Shown: positions 36,663-47,982 of the stretch, in pieces
How positions within the stretch are numbered: position 1 is the first letter of the stretch
How the letters are laid out: every line of letters begins with the position of its first letter
Assembly (NCBI RefSeq): GCF_000400465.1
Contig: NW_008806292.1
Coordinates: 120,001-182,000 of the forward strand
Length of the DNA stretch: 62,000 nucleotides
Origin: Wallemia ichthyophaga EXF-994
Taxonomy: Eukaryota > Fungi > Basidiomycota
Direction of reading: 5' to 3'
Program-made: the position numbers and the translations under genes
Notes under the pieces: generated by a model
Database searches by the model: none
Told to the model about the DNA's origin: nothing
What the model saw: only the letters and a program-made list of their open reading frames with translations

Positions 36663-38164
36663 CTACCACACATATGGTATAAACTTATAAGGAACTCTGC
36701 GACAATACTCCTCCCAGTCTTCACCATATTTAGCAGCGCAGCGTTCAAAGTCGCGTTCACATCTGTGCACGAGGACAATGAAGAACCACACTGCGTACCA
36801 GTGGGGAATGGGTGGGGAGGCGATGAAAGGCAGACCGCAGCTCATACCCCAGCTAGTAGCCTGGATCCAGTCCGCGAGATAATTAGGCTTGCGACAGTAA
36901 GCCCATGGTCCACTAATGAGTAGCTTGCTGCCGTGCTGCGTTTGGATGTAACGCGTAGTCGCTGGGTCAGGTGTACTGCCTGGTATGTAGGGAAATCCGA
37001 ATCTAAACTTAGTGATACCTTGCTGCTGCATTTTGAATCTGCTTTTCTGGGCCATAGCGAGATCGAATACAGAGTAGCTGGCTATAAGCACTCCAAATAA
37101 CACCGCATATGTACTCAAGCTCCACTCATATTCGCTTGGATGGTGGTTCGTGAGATAGAGAACTGGGTAACAGTAAGTGAAAGGTACGCCAGCGAAATTC
37201 CAGAAACATAGCATGAATCCAAATTTCTCCCAGGCCATGTCCCATGTCTGTGGAATACACTCCTCCGCTTTAGCACAAGCGTTGATGTAAAGCCCCGTCG
37301 CGAGAACCATAAAGGCCATGTTAGGTGAGACAGTGCCGAAAGTGTCGTACTGCTTGCATGCACCCGATACGGCAATTCCGAAGAGCAAAACCCACGGGAT
37401 GCGCACCTCTGCCCACATCTTGATATCCACACCCAGAATGCGTGGATTGAGGCTAGCGCCCATGAACAAGTCGTAGAAGAAGTTGCCGCTCATGCGGAGC
37501 GGGTGACCGAACATCACAGTGAGGAAGTACACAGCCAGTGAGCCTGCGTAGCCGACTAGAATAGCCACCGTCATGAGCCCACCGAAATTGTCGACAATCT
37601 CCGTCAGTCTGAAGGTGTGTGTGGTGTGGAGAACACTGGCGATGAGAATGGTAGCGTAGAACGACAGCATAGCGTTGCAGTTGTAGTCAAGGCTCTTGTA
37701 CTTGAGGGAGGGTACTGGAAGACCCTTTTGGTGGAAGCCTGGCATAATCACAGCGAGAGCGAACTGCATCGCCATGAGACCGCAGTAAATTGCCCACGCT
37801 TTGCGCGTAGGATAAGCGTGTTGTTGGGCATACAGCCACATGTACTCGCCCAATGGCTTAACCTCTGCGAGCGACTTTGGGTATAGAAACCAGCCATCAT
37901 TCGCCTGCATGCAAATGTAGAAGTAGTACATGAGCAGTGGAAATCCGAGCATCATCGCAACGACGCCGCAAGGGCCACCGAATTCATATCTGTTAGTACC
38001 ATGAGCGCTGTGCAATCCGCTTGGAAACTCACTCACTCCTGGTGCTCAAAGAACTGCGTTTTGTCCGTACGGCGACCCTCCTTAGATACCGTCGGTGCGG
38101 CAGTGCTCGCGACCGAGCTTATTGACTCGTTGTCGCTGTCGTCGCGTGCGTGCTGTGAGCTCAT
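36663..38164 (-). CDS. ERG4: Sterol C-24(28) reductase (ERG4/ERG24 family)
   Basis: Exon 1 MSSQHARDD..FFEHQE, intron GTGAGT near 38036, then YEFGGPCGVVAMMLGFPLLMYY; EVRIPW; WNFAGVPFTYC; HRCERDFERCAAKYGEDWEEYC..VPYKFIPYVW. Confidence 0.92.
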
Positions 38165-38288
38165 CTGTGGTGTCGGTTGCTCGGAAGACAAAGCGGGAGG
38201 ACATGACACGAGATCAAAAAGTGAATTTTTCAAATATCCCGAGTATTTAGAGTTTCTGTAGAATGATTTATTTTACATTTCCTAGTTT

Positions 38289-41200
38289 TTACAGAAGACG
38301 CTGCAAATCGTCTGCCAAATTGTGCTTTTGTTCATTGTGCCGGCTGTACCTGCTAATGAGATCCCCGTCGATAATGTCAGACTGCGCACTCTGTCCAACG
38401 AGTGCGCCATCAGCACGCGCCGACTTCTCCATCTGCACCAACTCTGCACTACTGCTCTCGTCCACCTCTGCCAGCACGCAGAGGGAGCCTGCACTCGTCC
38501 CGTACACAGCGAGTGTATGTAAGGCGTGGTTGTGATAGTTATCTCTTGCACTGACATTGACATTGACACTAACACTGGCACCTTGTCTCCTCCCGCATAT
38601 CGCACTGACGTTCTCCTGCAGCTGGGCAACCTCCCGCGAACTCACCCGGTGCTCCTCCCCGATCTGCTCGTAGTGAAGGACGAAAAGATTGAAGCGGAGA
38701 TCAGCACCGAGAGTGATGAAGTGATTGTTGTGGCGCTCTTGCGCACCCCGCTCACCATGCACACCCTCCACAGCCTCCACTAGCGAAGACCACCGCGTGT
38801 GCGCGTCGTATCCCACCTGTACGAGTTCCAATTCGCTCGTCTCCGCCCTTTGTCGCAGTTCCAACTTAAGGTAGATGGCGCTCTTGAGGAAATCAGCCAC
38901 AACCAAGACGCCGTGCATGGCAGAGAGAGAGACTACGACGAAAGCATTGCCGTAGCTGGCGACGAGATTGAGCTGGCACTTTCGGGACAATTCCACCTCA
39001 TACAACCGCACCTGGTGCCCGACAGCTATTGCGATGCGCCCGTCCAATTCACACACCGCATACACGCAGCCGGGCACAGCAAGCTGGGCGACTATATCTA
39101 GGTGTGAGTGGGTGGGGGTATGACTGACAGTAGCGAGGAGAAAGCGTCCTCTATCGACGTCACCTCCGTCACCGTTGTCATCGCCATTACTATCATTAAT
39201 GTAGTAGGTGCCTATTGCAAGGACTGTATGCTTTTCTCCCTCTCCCTTTTTTTCGCGCCCTACATTCAGACACTCCACTACACTGACCACCTCCCCTTCT
39301 TCCAGCTGCAACTGGAGCGTTTCTATGGGAGAGAGGGTATCGTCGAACAACCTCACACTACTCCCTCCCCCGCCTTCGATTACTGTCCTATCGCTTGGGT
39401 ATGCCGTACGTACGCAACCGACAGCGAACATGTTGTGAGAGGGTATGTGAGTGAGAACGCGCGGTATATCTACCCCCATCTCGATGGTACGCACGTGCAC
39501 TGTATGTTGTGTAGATGGTATTGTACAGAATCTGATACTGTCCGTATGTGCTAGCACGTACATATCTTCTTCCTCGGAGGCACCATCCTTCTCACTACCA
39601 CTGTCACACTTGTACGACGTCATGGCGTGTATGAAAGGCGCGTTTACCCCTGATACACTTACACTCACGCTTCGTTGCATATCCACACTCACACCGACGA
39701 TCGAGGGAACGTCGCACAGCGCGAATATCGCCCCACTTGCCGCTCTCTGCAAAGTGACAGGGGTACTTCCGACTGTGGCGGTGTGTGAGGCGGGAGTGTT
39801 TGTGATCGTGTCTGTGTTTCCCGGAGAGGTGTGAGACGTCTGCGCAGCTTGCGCATATTCAAACGCAAAAACATTCCCGAGCGCCGTACCCGCAATAATG
39901 ACGCCATCTACTGCAAGAAGCGAGTAGATATGTGAGTTGTCGGGTGATGAGCAGGCGCAGACGACGAAGCCGTCTTGAACATCTTGAGCATCTTGGGCAT
40001 CTCGTGCACCTTGACCACATTGACCACATTGGCCGCTAATTCTCATCACGCGCACCGTGGAATCTTCCCACGTTGCATAAGCGATATGAGAATCATCTAG
40101 GGGTGCGAACACAGTTGAGTGGTGTGGTTTGCGTATGAGTCTGAGAACAATCTGTCAGCATGGTGTAGTCGGGTGTCGGGGCTCGGGAAACGGGAGCAAG
40201 AAGAACCAGACTACCCACCTTTCATGGAAAGTAATATCGTTATCGTTATCATTATCGCTGTCGTTATCGTCATCCTTATCATTATGCTCAAGGTTATCGT
40301 TATCGTTATTATTCGCGCACTGTAGCAGCACCCTATCGCTCATCACCACCAGCACGTATGGGCTTCTTGCGCTTGTGAACCTAGAGTGACCATCCACATA
40401 CACTCCATCAACATCCATATCGCGCCTGCTAACAAGTTTGCCTATCATATTAAAGACGAACATACTATCGCTCTGGTAGACGACGGTGCGTGAGCCCCAC
40501 TGCACTGTCGCGAGAGTAGGGACGTCCTTTTTAAGTTGTTTGTATTTGTCTTGCTCCCCGTCCAGTTCGTCCAATGTGCCATAGAGGGCATTGGGATATG
40601 TGTATATGTGCGTCGATGTTGGGTAGCTGAAGAGGAGGTGATTGGGGAGGGAGTGCAGGGCATGCAGTGCGGTGAGCGTGTTTGGTGTGGCTGTCTTGTC
40701 CTCGCCCAGCAGCTCTAGCGGTGCCAAATACACATCGCGCACGCCAACTCCTGTGCTCACCACACGCAATTTACCTGACTTATTAGCGCCGCTGCACGTG
40801 ACGACTTGTGTTTGAGTGTGCGACTGTGTCTGGGACTGCGTTTGCTCTGTGTCGTCGGGGTACAGAACTGCGAGGTCACTAACAGGAGCGAGGTTGGTGA
40901 AGGACTGCAACTCGACAAGGTGTGGCTGCGCCCCATGCACCACACTCACACTCACCACTTTGGAATCCTCGCACTGGCTACCGACGTAGAAGCACCCATT
41001 GCCGAGATGCTGCAACGTCGACGCGACGCTAGTGGTACCGAGGTGGTGCGTCTCCAATCCACTCTGCGTAATAGCGAGATAGTAGAGATCGCCCCGTGCA
41101 TCACCAACCACCCACGCCAGTCCGTCCGCCGTCGCTGCTGTACATGCTGTCGGCGTAGCGAAGGGTGTATGGGAAGAAGTGTTGGGTATTTGTTGAAGGG

Positions 41201-42212
41201 GAGTTGTTACTCCTGTGGTTTCTATGTTGGTGCTTGACGAATGAGATTTTGACTTTGACTTGGACTTGGATCTCCGCCGCGTTTTGCCACTTTCCCCCCC
41301 TACTTCTGCATCTACATCCCTCACCCTAGGCACGTCGTAGTACTCACAGCTGAACGCACCAATGACCAACACACCCCTCTTCCCACCGCAAACAGAAACG
41401 AGGAGGGAGGCGGTAGGGCAGGATGTTCTAATAAGGTGGCTGGTTAGCAATTATGAAATGATCATATCGGCGACATGCACCCACTCTATGCGCAGCTTGG
41501 GCGGGGACACGTCTACGCCATCGCCTTCCTGGTTGAGACACTCCACGACAATAACGGGGTTGGGAGCATCGGGTGCTCTCACCAATCTGCACAGCGTCGC
41601 TCTGTCGCCCTCCTCGACGGCCAGGAAAGCCATTGCGAGGGTGACAGACCAGTCGATTTGGGTGGTGCGTCCGTCGATGATGTGCCTCGAGTGGGTCTGG
41701 TCGTAGGAGAGTCTAAACGCGTGCAGCTGCCCCTGCCACAGATGGCTCAGGCCTGTTTGGGAAGAGTGGTCGACTAGTGTGTTGCAGTATTCGTGGCTGG
41801 GGGATGTACCCGTGCCAGTGGTAGTGGTACTGGAAGAGGCACCGTGCGTGAGCATCTTGAGGCATTCGGTTTTGTGCTCTAGCCCACAGTCACCCTCCCA
41901 CACTCGCAACACTACTAGCTGCGCTGAAGGATGGTCGAGTGTAAGTAGGAGCACATCGTGCGCCTCGCCACCGATTCGCAACCTGTCTATGCCGAGAATG
42001 CGGCCGTTTACATCGATACTGCCAAGTAACGTGAGTGCTAGAAGGCCATCACGCCCATCTCGCCCATCTCTAGCCGTGTACAAATGTAGCTGGGTGGTGG
42101 ACGCAGCGACGAGGACGTTGAGTGCATGTGAATGTGGGATGCATGATTCAATTACGCAAAGAATACTCCCAGAAATACAGTTAGATTTGGTAATTGATTT
42201 GCGCAACATCAT
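38289..42212 (-). CDS. DDB1: DNA damage-binding protein 1 (DDB1, CRL4 adaptor), divergent, 3 exons
   Basis: LQSFTNLAPVSDL (cf. TFTNLGPIVDM), VVTCSGANKSGKLRVVSTGVG (cf. TCSGAFKEGSLRIIRNGIG), VHVRTI, VVADFLKSAIYL. Introns near 41495-41432 and 40210-40147 join the three ORFs in frame. Confidence 0.82.
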
Positions 42213-42248
42213 GGTGATGGTAATGAATCAAGAGGCATTTATAGTAAT

Positions 42249-43745
42249 TTACAGAAGCACCTGACTGGCAGCGCTAGTTGAGAGAGATTTATTAGGCAGA
42301 ACTATGCAGCTGCGTATGAGTACATCGCGCGTAACGAGTACGTCACAGGCCAGGATACAGATGCCAGATTGGGTTGGTGCGCTCTCATCACCCGTGAAGG
42401 GCTGTCCTTCAACGCGGGCCCAGGGTGCCAACCTGCATCGTGCACCGATAATAGCGTAGAGGATACAACAGTGGGGCTGTGTGGTGATGAGTGAGATGAT
42501 TGAGACACCAAATAGAACACAAGACTTACCTCGATTATCGTATTCTCTTGCACTACCGCATGTGCAACTCTAGCACCCTCTTTCACGACGACATTCGCTG
42601 CAATGGACACGAATGGACCTATTTTGCATCCCCGGGCGATATGAGCGGATGGCTAGAGTATAACGTATGAGTGAGTGGTTCAAGCCATATGAACAGCACA
42701 TATACGCACATCTATCGTCACTGGCTGGACAATTTCAGTTTCACTATCTTTTTCACTTGCGTCATCCAGAGCACCCCGTTGATAGAGCAAAATCCCCTGC
42801 TTAGCCTGATACTGAGCCAAATAGAGTTCATTAGCGGGTAAAGCAGATCCTGCGCTTTTAATGGGTCTCCATGGCACATCAGTCTCGAAGACGTACATTT
42901 TGTGAGCATCAGCCATCGGCCGTATGACATCCTGTTCGAGGCGGAGGATATGCTCATCGAAGCCAATTTCCTGCTGGGGGATGTTTGAGGAATAGTGGCA
43001 GTCGATTATAGCCGCTATTTCATCGAAAAGAGTGACATCGAAGAGATAAACCCCCGTACTAACCAAATCAGAAACGAAACTGTCGGGCTTCTCCGCATAA
43101 TGAATGGCCAAAGCCTTGTCGTCACTGACTATACAGCCATATTTGTGGGCGCTGCTTCTGGACACACGCGTCGCCTGTATTGAGCCTACACCCTGGTGAG
43201 TTTCGTGGAACGCGCGCAGCTGGTTGAGGGGAAAGTCACAGGCGATGTCGCTGTGGATGATAAAGAAAGCAGTAGCGTTGTGCGTGATGAGGTCTCTGAA
43301 ATGATACGTTCCTGGGAGTTGAGTGATGAGAATGTGGGGAAGAAAGCAGGCAGACAAACTAACCACCTGCAGTACCCAATTCCTGCCACTCCCTGAGATA
43401 TTTTACAGTGAAACAACCGTTAAATTCTTCATTTGCTTGGTTTATAAACGCAGTGAAAGTATCCTCGGGCCAGAAACCGATGAGAAACACCTCAGTGCAG
43501 TGAGGAACTTGGGAAAGAGAGTGAAGCTGGTGCCAGATCATTGGTTTACCGCCGAGTGGGAAGAGTGGCTGGTGTTTCCGTTGGTAAGTGGCACAAATTG
43601 GGCAAGTGACCCACCTTGGGCATATCAGCAGCCAAATTGAGTGGCCTGAACGAAGTACCTCTGCTTGGGCCACCAGTGAGAATCTAATGGAAATGAGTGT
43701 TTAACCGTCAGCCACTCCACCACCCACAACAGCCTTTACAACCAT
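42249..43745 (-). CDS. Mannose-1-phosphate guanylyltransferase alpha-like (GMPPA type), multi-exon
   Basis: MVVKAV|ILTGGPSRGTSFRPL..MPK|PLFPLGGKPMIWHQL; ELGTAGG; HSDIACDFPL; HYAEKPDSFVSDLVSTGVYLF; WRPIKSAGSALPAN; IRSCIVLPNKSL. Confidence 0.9.
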
Positions 43746-43776
43746 GGCAGTGTCCGTTGAACCCATACCACCATCA

Positions 43777-44583
43777 ATGGCTTCAATTTTAGTCACCAAA
43801 ATAGCCACAGGCACCACCGACGAACAAATTGTTAAATTCTTCTCTTTCTGTGGTAAAGTCAAGGCGTCCTCCTTTGAACAGGACACCACCCACAGGACCG
43901 CATATATCGAATTTGAGAGGGAATCTGCTGCACGCACCGCTCTCCTTCTCAACGGCGGTAATCTTGAGGGCTCTCTTATTGAAGTTAGTTCCAACGACGT
44001 CGACAATGGCGTTGCTGGGCCTCCTCCTGGCTCCACTGCAAACACTACCACACACTCTCCTCCACCCTCTACTGAGCACGTTGTCCAAGAAGATAAACCA
44101 CGCACTGCCATTCTTGCTCAATACCTCGCCCACGGCTACCACATCGGAGACGAAGCCATCCAGAAAGCCATCGATCTCGATTCAAAGCACGGCATTTCTA
44201 ACAGATTCATTACCTACCTCCACCAATTCGACGAGGGTGCCGGTAAGCGCACGGGCAACGCCGACCTCCCCCTATCGTCGCAGCTCTACGAGAAAGCACA
44301 GGGTCTATTCGGCAAGGCGAAGGAAATTGACACGCAGAAGGGCATCTCAGAAAAGAGCACTGGTTGGTTCGGTCCTTACTACCAGAAAGCCCTCAATTCC
44401 CCCTACGCGGCTAAGGTGCAGTCCTTCTACACTAACGCTCATAAGCAGGTTTTAGACGTACACGAGGAAGCTCTGCGTATTGCTGCGCAAAAGAAGGATA
44501 CCTTTGTCAATAACGGCGGCGATGTTAACGCTACTTCTATCGCTAAAGCCCCGGCTGATACTGATGAGAAGAAGCCGGCGTAG
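43777..44583 (+). CDS. Vip1-like single-RRM protein (in-frame upstream ATG at 43744)
   Basis: FFSFCGKV; AYIEFERESAARTALLLNGGNL; EDKPRTAILAQYLAHGY; AIDLDSKHGISNRF. Confidence 0.85.
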   Translation: MASILVTKIATGTTDEQIVKFFSFCGKVKASSFEQDTTHRTAYIEFERESAARTALLLNGGNLEGSLIEVSSNDVDNGVAGPPPGSTANTTTHSPPPSTEHVVQEDKPRTAILAQYLAHGYHIGDEAIQKAIDLDSKHGISNRFITYLHQFDEGAGKRTGNADLPLSSQLYEKAQGLFGKAKEIDTQKGISEKSTGWFGPYYQKALNSPYAAKVQSFYTNAHKQVLDVHEEALRIAAQKKDTFVNNGGDVNATSIAKAPADTDEKKPA

Positions 44584-44715
44584 ACTGGCACATTTAGTAT
44601 GAAATAACGACCATCACAATCATCACGTGTATTCAATTCGATTCATTTCTAATCATGTTAATTTCTTACGGGTCTTTAACGAGGCTTTCTGGCAAAGTGA
44701 CTCATGTCACATGTC

Positions 44716-45609
44716 TCACTCAGTTAGTGAAAATTTACCCCCTTTCTCATCCCACCCTGCTTTCTCGTACATATCAAGCAAACGCAGCCACATGTGGCGA
44801 CCAGGCCCGTCCCCAAAGGAAGGCTCTTTCATCCACTCCAAGCCATGCTGGAGTACGCCCACAGCGCGTTCAGAGCCGCCATTCGCGTCCCCGAATGATC
44901 CGTGGAGGGTAGCGCGCGCGGGAGCGGGAGGGGACTGAGGATAAGCAGCGCAATGGAGGATGTTAGCGTTATAGAAAAGAATCTGGCCGGCCTTCAAGTG
45001 TACCTGCTTGGCGTGAGGCATGAGTGCGGGGTTGGTAGTTGGGAGGGTGTTGCAGCTGAGCTCTCTCTGGATATGATTCCGCACCTGTCTATGTGAGCCC
45101 GGCACAACCCATAAACAACCATCGTCATAGAGTGGTGCGTTGAACTGGATGCCGTAGTGTGGCACACGTAGCGCCTGCTCCTCCGCCTCCGCTTCGATAG
45201 CGTGGTTCACGTGATCCCTGTGCCAGCTGAGGTTGAAAGACGTTTTCGCAGGCAGGATGAGCATATTGAAAAGCTCCATTTGGAGAGCTCCCTCATCGCA
45301 TCCAATTAGCCCCGCTGCCAGCGCTGTGAGGCGGGTGTTGGCGTAGAACGCACGAAATTGCGGCAGACGCAGCTAGGGATGCATCAGGTGCTGCACTCCC
45401 CAACTATCAGGAGTATCCGCGTCACTCCATGGCGGGAACTGCTTGCCCACTACGCGCCTATGTGGCCAGCGGTGACTGCGTGTGAGCTGTTCTGCTGCCG
45501 CTGCCGCTTCTCTGAGCTGGGACAGCTCATCGCCTTGTATAAACCCATCTATCACCACATATCCCGTGCTGTCTAATTCTCGTTTGTGCGCTGCGTTCAT
45601 CTCGCTCAT
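44716..45609 (-). pseudogene. Phytanoyl-CoA dioxygenase (PhyH)-family gene interrupted by one in-frame TAG at 45373-45375 (pseudogene, recoded gene, or sequence error)
   Basis: GYVVIDGFI; RRVVGKQFPPW; WGVQHLMHP-TAG-LRLPQFRAFY..LQMELFNMLILP; LSWHRD; HLKAGQILFYNANILH; TLHGS. The frame is preserved across the stop. Confidence 0.7.
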
Positions 45610-45638
45610 CTTGCTCGCTTCACAACGGTCAAGAGCAT

Positions 45639-46709
45639 ATGATAAGACGCAGTCTGGCACACCCGATAAGCGCGGGCAAGCACGTGCAGACGTGCGCGCA
45701 CATGCGTATCTACCAGGGCATACCCGGGCATACAAGTGTACGGCCGCGGACCCGGGCTTTCGCCGCGCTAGCGCAGCCTTTCCTGGAGCTACCGAGTCAC
45801 TTGCCGTGGGGCGCGTCGTATGCGGGTGTGATAGTGGCATGTTCGCTCGCCCTGCGCGCCACCATCACTCTCCCTCTATCAATCTGGCAGCGTCGGCGCA
45901 CAGCGCGGCTAGAGCACCGCGTGAAGCCAGCGCTGGACGTGTGGGCGATTGAGCAGAAAGGGGTGTGTCGGCGCGAATGTCGTGCGGCGGGGCTGAGCTA
46001 TGATGCGTATACGAAGGAGTGGACTCGACGCTACAAGCGACAGCGCAGGGCACTCGCACAGATGCACAACTGCTCAGTCCTTCCAACCGTTCTTCTCCCG
46101 CCTCTCATAGGCATACCAGTGTTTATTGCCGTGTCTAACACCCTCCGCGTGGCCTCAGCTGTGGCTTTGACTCAGCCGCACACTGCAGACGGTGGCCATG
46201 GCCTCGCGGAGGAATCGCTTTCCCTTCCTTTCTTGGATTATCCCTCGCTCGCCCTCCCAGCAACTGACCCCACCGTCGCGCTCATGATCGGTGCGGCGTT
46301 CCTCACCAATACGGAAATCACGACCAATTTGCGCAGAAAATTGCTAGAGATACGCACCCCGCCATCTAATACGGGTGTCGAGGATGAGCAGAAGGATAGC
46401 GCGCAGACGCCGCAAGAAAATAACACACGTATGGATATGGGTGTGCACGAGAAGGGCGTCACTATCCTCCTGCGCAGTCTCTCACTCGGCATGAGCTGGT
46501 TTGCACTCAGCATACCCCTCTCCCTCGCTCTTTATTGGCTCACGAGTGCCGTCTTCTCCGTCGGCCAGACTACCATTCTTGGCATGTTGGCCAATCGCGA
46601 CGCGAGAAATCACGTAAAAAATGATATAGAACTGCTACGTGATCACAGAGTGCAGCAGTATAGACTCGCGGAACAGAAGGCGAACTTGGCTAAATCTAGA
46701 AGACGTTAA
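45639..46709 (+). CDS. COX18: Cox18/Oxa1-family mitochondrial inner-membrane insertase
   Basis: SYAGVIVACSLALRATITLPLSIWQRRR; LLPPLIGIPVFIAVSNTLR; LALYWLTSAVFSVGQT. Confidence 0.85.
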   Translation: MIRRSLAHPISAGKHVQTCAHMRIYQGIPGHTSVRPRTRAFAALAQPFLELPSHLPWGASYAGVIVACSLALRATITLPLSIWQRRRTARLEHRVKPALDVWAIEQKGVCRRECRAAGLSYDAYTKEWTRRYKRQRRALAQMHNCSVLPTVLLPPLIGIPVFIAVSNTLRVASAVALTQPHTADGGHGLAEESLSLPFLDYPSLALPATDPTVALMIGAAFLTNTEITTNLRRKLLEIRTPPSNTGVEDEQKDSAQTPQENNTRMDMGVHEKGVTILLRSLSLGMSWFALSIPLSLALYWLTSAVFSVGQTTILGMLANRDARNHVKNDIELLRDHRVQQYRLAEQKANLAKSRRR

Positions 46710-46762
46710 GATGTTAATGTGAGTTTGTAGTAGCACACTCACACCACAACTACAACCCGCAA

Positions 46763-46846
46763 ATGATGATACGTAGGATATTGCATACACCCCTTGTCTT
46801 ACAGCTCGTGGGCGTAAGTGTAAACTCAAAACTTGATCTAATCTGA
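46763..46846 (+). ncRNA. Box C/D guide RNA inside a 192-nt intron in the COX18 3'UTR; predicted to guide 2'-O-methylation of U2 snRNA
   Basis: Box C ATGATGA 46763-46769, box D CTGA 46843-46846. Guide ACTTGATCTAA 46831-46841 is complementary to fungal U2 UUAGAUCAAGU. Host intron: GTGAGT 46719, GCTAAC 46892, CAG 46910. Confidence 0.72.
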
Positions 46847-46949
46847 TGGCATGGGTGTGGGTTGAGTGTGGAGGATGTAGCTGGCGATTTAGCTAACGAT
46901 ACAACTGCAGGAGAAGCATACAAATAAAATCAATACATTAGACTATAGA

Positions 46950-47915
46950 TTACTTGACTCTCTCCCCACGCATGCGCCTATCCTGTGTCTTTGTTTTGTC
47001 TTCCTTGTGCATCCATTTGAGCAGAGATGACGACAAACTAGCTACGCCCTGATATTGTCAGCAAGGAGGATGCCGAGTAAGACATACACACAATGTACCA
47101 CACGAGAGAAGGTATGGTATCGAGAAGAGAATGCAAGTAGAGTGAGAAGCGTGTGTAAATGTCCATATAGAATGCGCTGTGTGGTTTTAGTGATTTTTTT
47201 TGCTTACGCTCAAGCACCTACTAGTCGCCATTGTAGCTCAGCCGCCCACTCCACACAGGCAGCTTCTTGTACTCGCTGTCCACGAGCAGCTTGCGCATGC
47301 TGGCTGTGTTCGGTGGGATCTGGTACGGCGACACAAACCGCAACGTCTGTCCTTTATCCTGTGCCAAGACATACACGGGTACTTGGAACAGCAGCCAGCG
47401 TGTGCTCATCTGTCTGATATCGCTGTCGTCTGGATAATGACAGCGTAAGCGTGTTATTCGTTCGACCAAGCACCCCGCCACGCACATTCTGCTCGACCCA
47501 CCCGAACACCACTCACATCTTTCAACTCGTCGGCAAGATCGTTGAGAGATTGTTTGAGGAGGCGCTCGAATTCGTCGTGTTTGCCTGTTGTTATGAGTAC
47601 AAACCAGAGCATTTCCTCGTCGTGGTCGCCATCGTCGCTGTCGTCGCTGCCACTGCGGTTACCACCCTCCACTAATGACTACATTCACGCAATCGTCATT
47701 ACAGCTATATGATAACAATTAAGAGAAAATCCCACCTTCCAGCGCTCGTCGTTAAGTGCTGTCGCATGCACACTCAACGTATTCTGCTCAGAGGCTTTCT
47801 GTGTGATATTCACCCCAGTCACCATCCCAATCATGTCCTCAAATAGCCCGCCCAAAGCCGAGGTGAAGAAGCAGCAGATTGATAACGCCGCGTAAATGAC
47901 GTTGCTTGTGCGCAT
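46950..47915 (-). CDS. Signal-peptide, thioredoxin-like-fold membrane protein (TMX-like), about 5 exons
   Basis: MRTSNVIYAALSICCFFTSALG signal; LNDERWK; LWFVLIT; STRWLLFQVPVYVLAQDKGQTLRF; LPVWSG; C-terminal hydrophobic segment and basic tail. Exon joins read by eye. Confidence 0.6.
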
Positions 47916-47982
47916 AGTTGGGTGTGTGAGTGAATTTTCTGAATAATCTAAGTAATCTGAATAAATTATAAAATTTACAAAT

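Noticed and set aside
34348-38164. Methyltransferase, Vtc1-like gene, small membrane protein and ERG4 as a biosynthetic gene cluster
   Set aside because: No backbone synthase, transporter or regulator; the functions are unrelated.
38282-42264. Many overlapping 60-160 aa ORFs on both strands around DDB1
   Set aside because: Expected in GC-richer, repeat-rich coding DNA; none has a recognisable motif and DDB1 explains the region.
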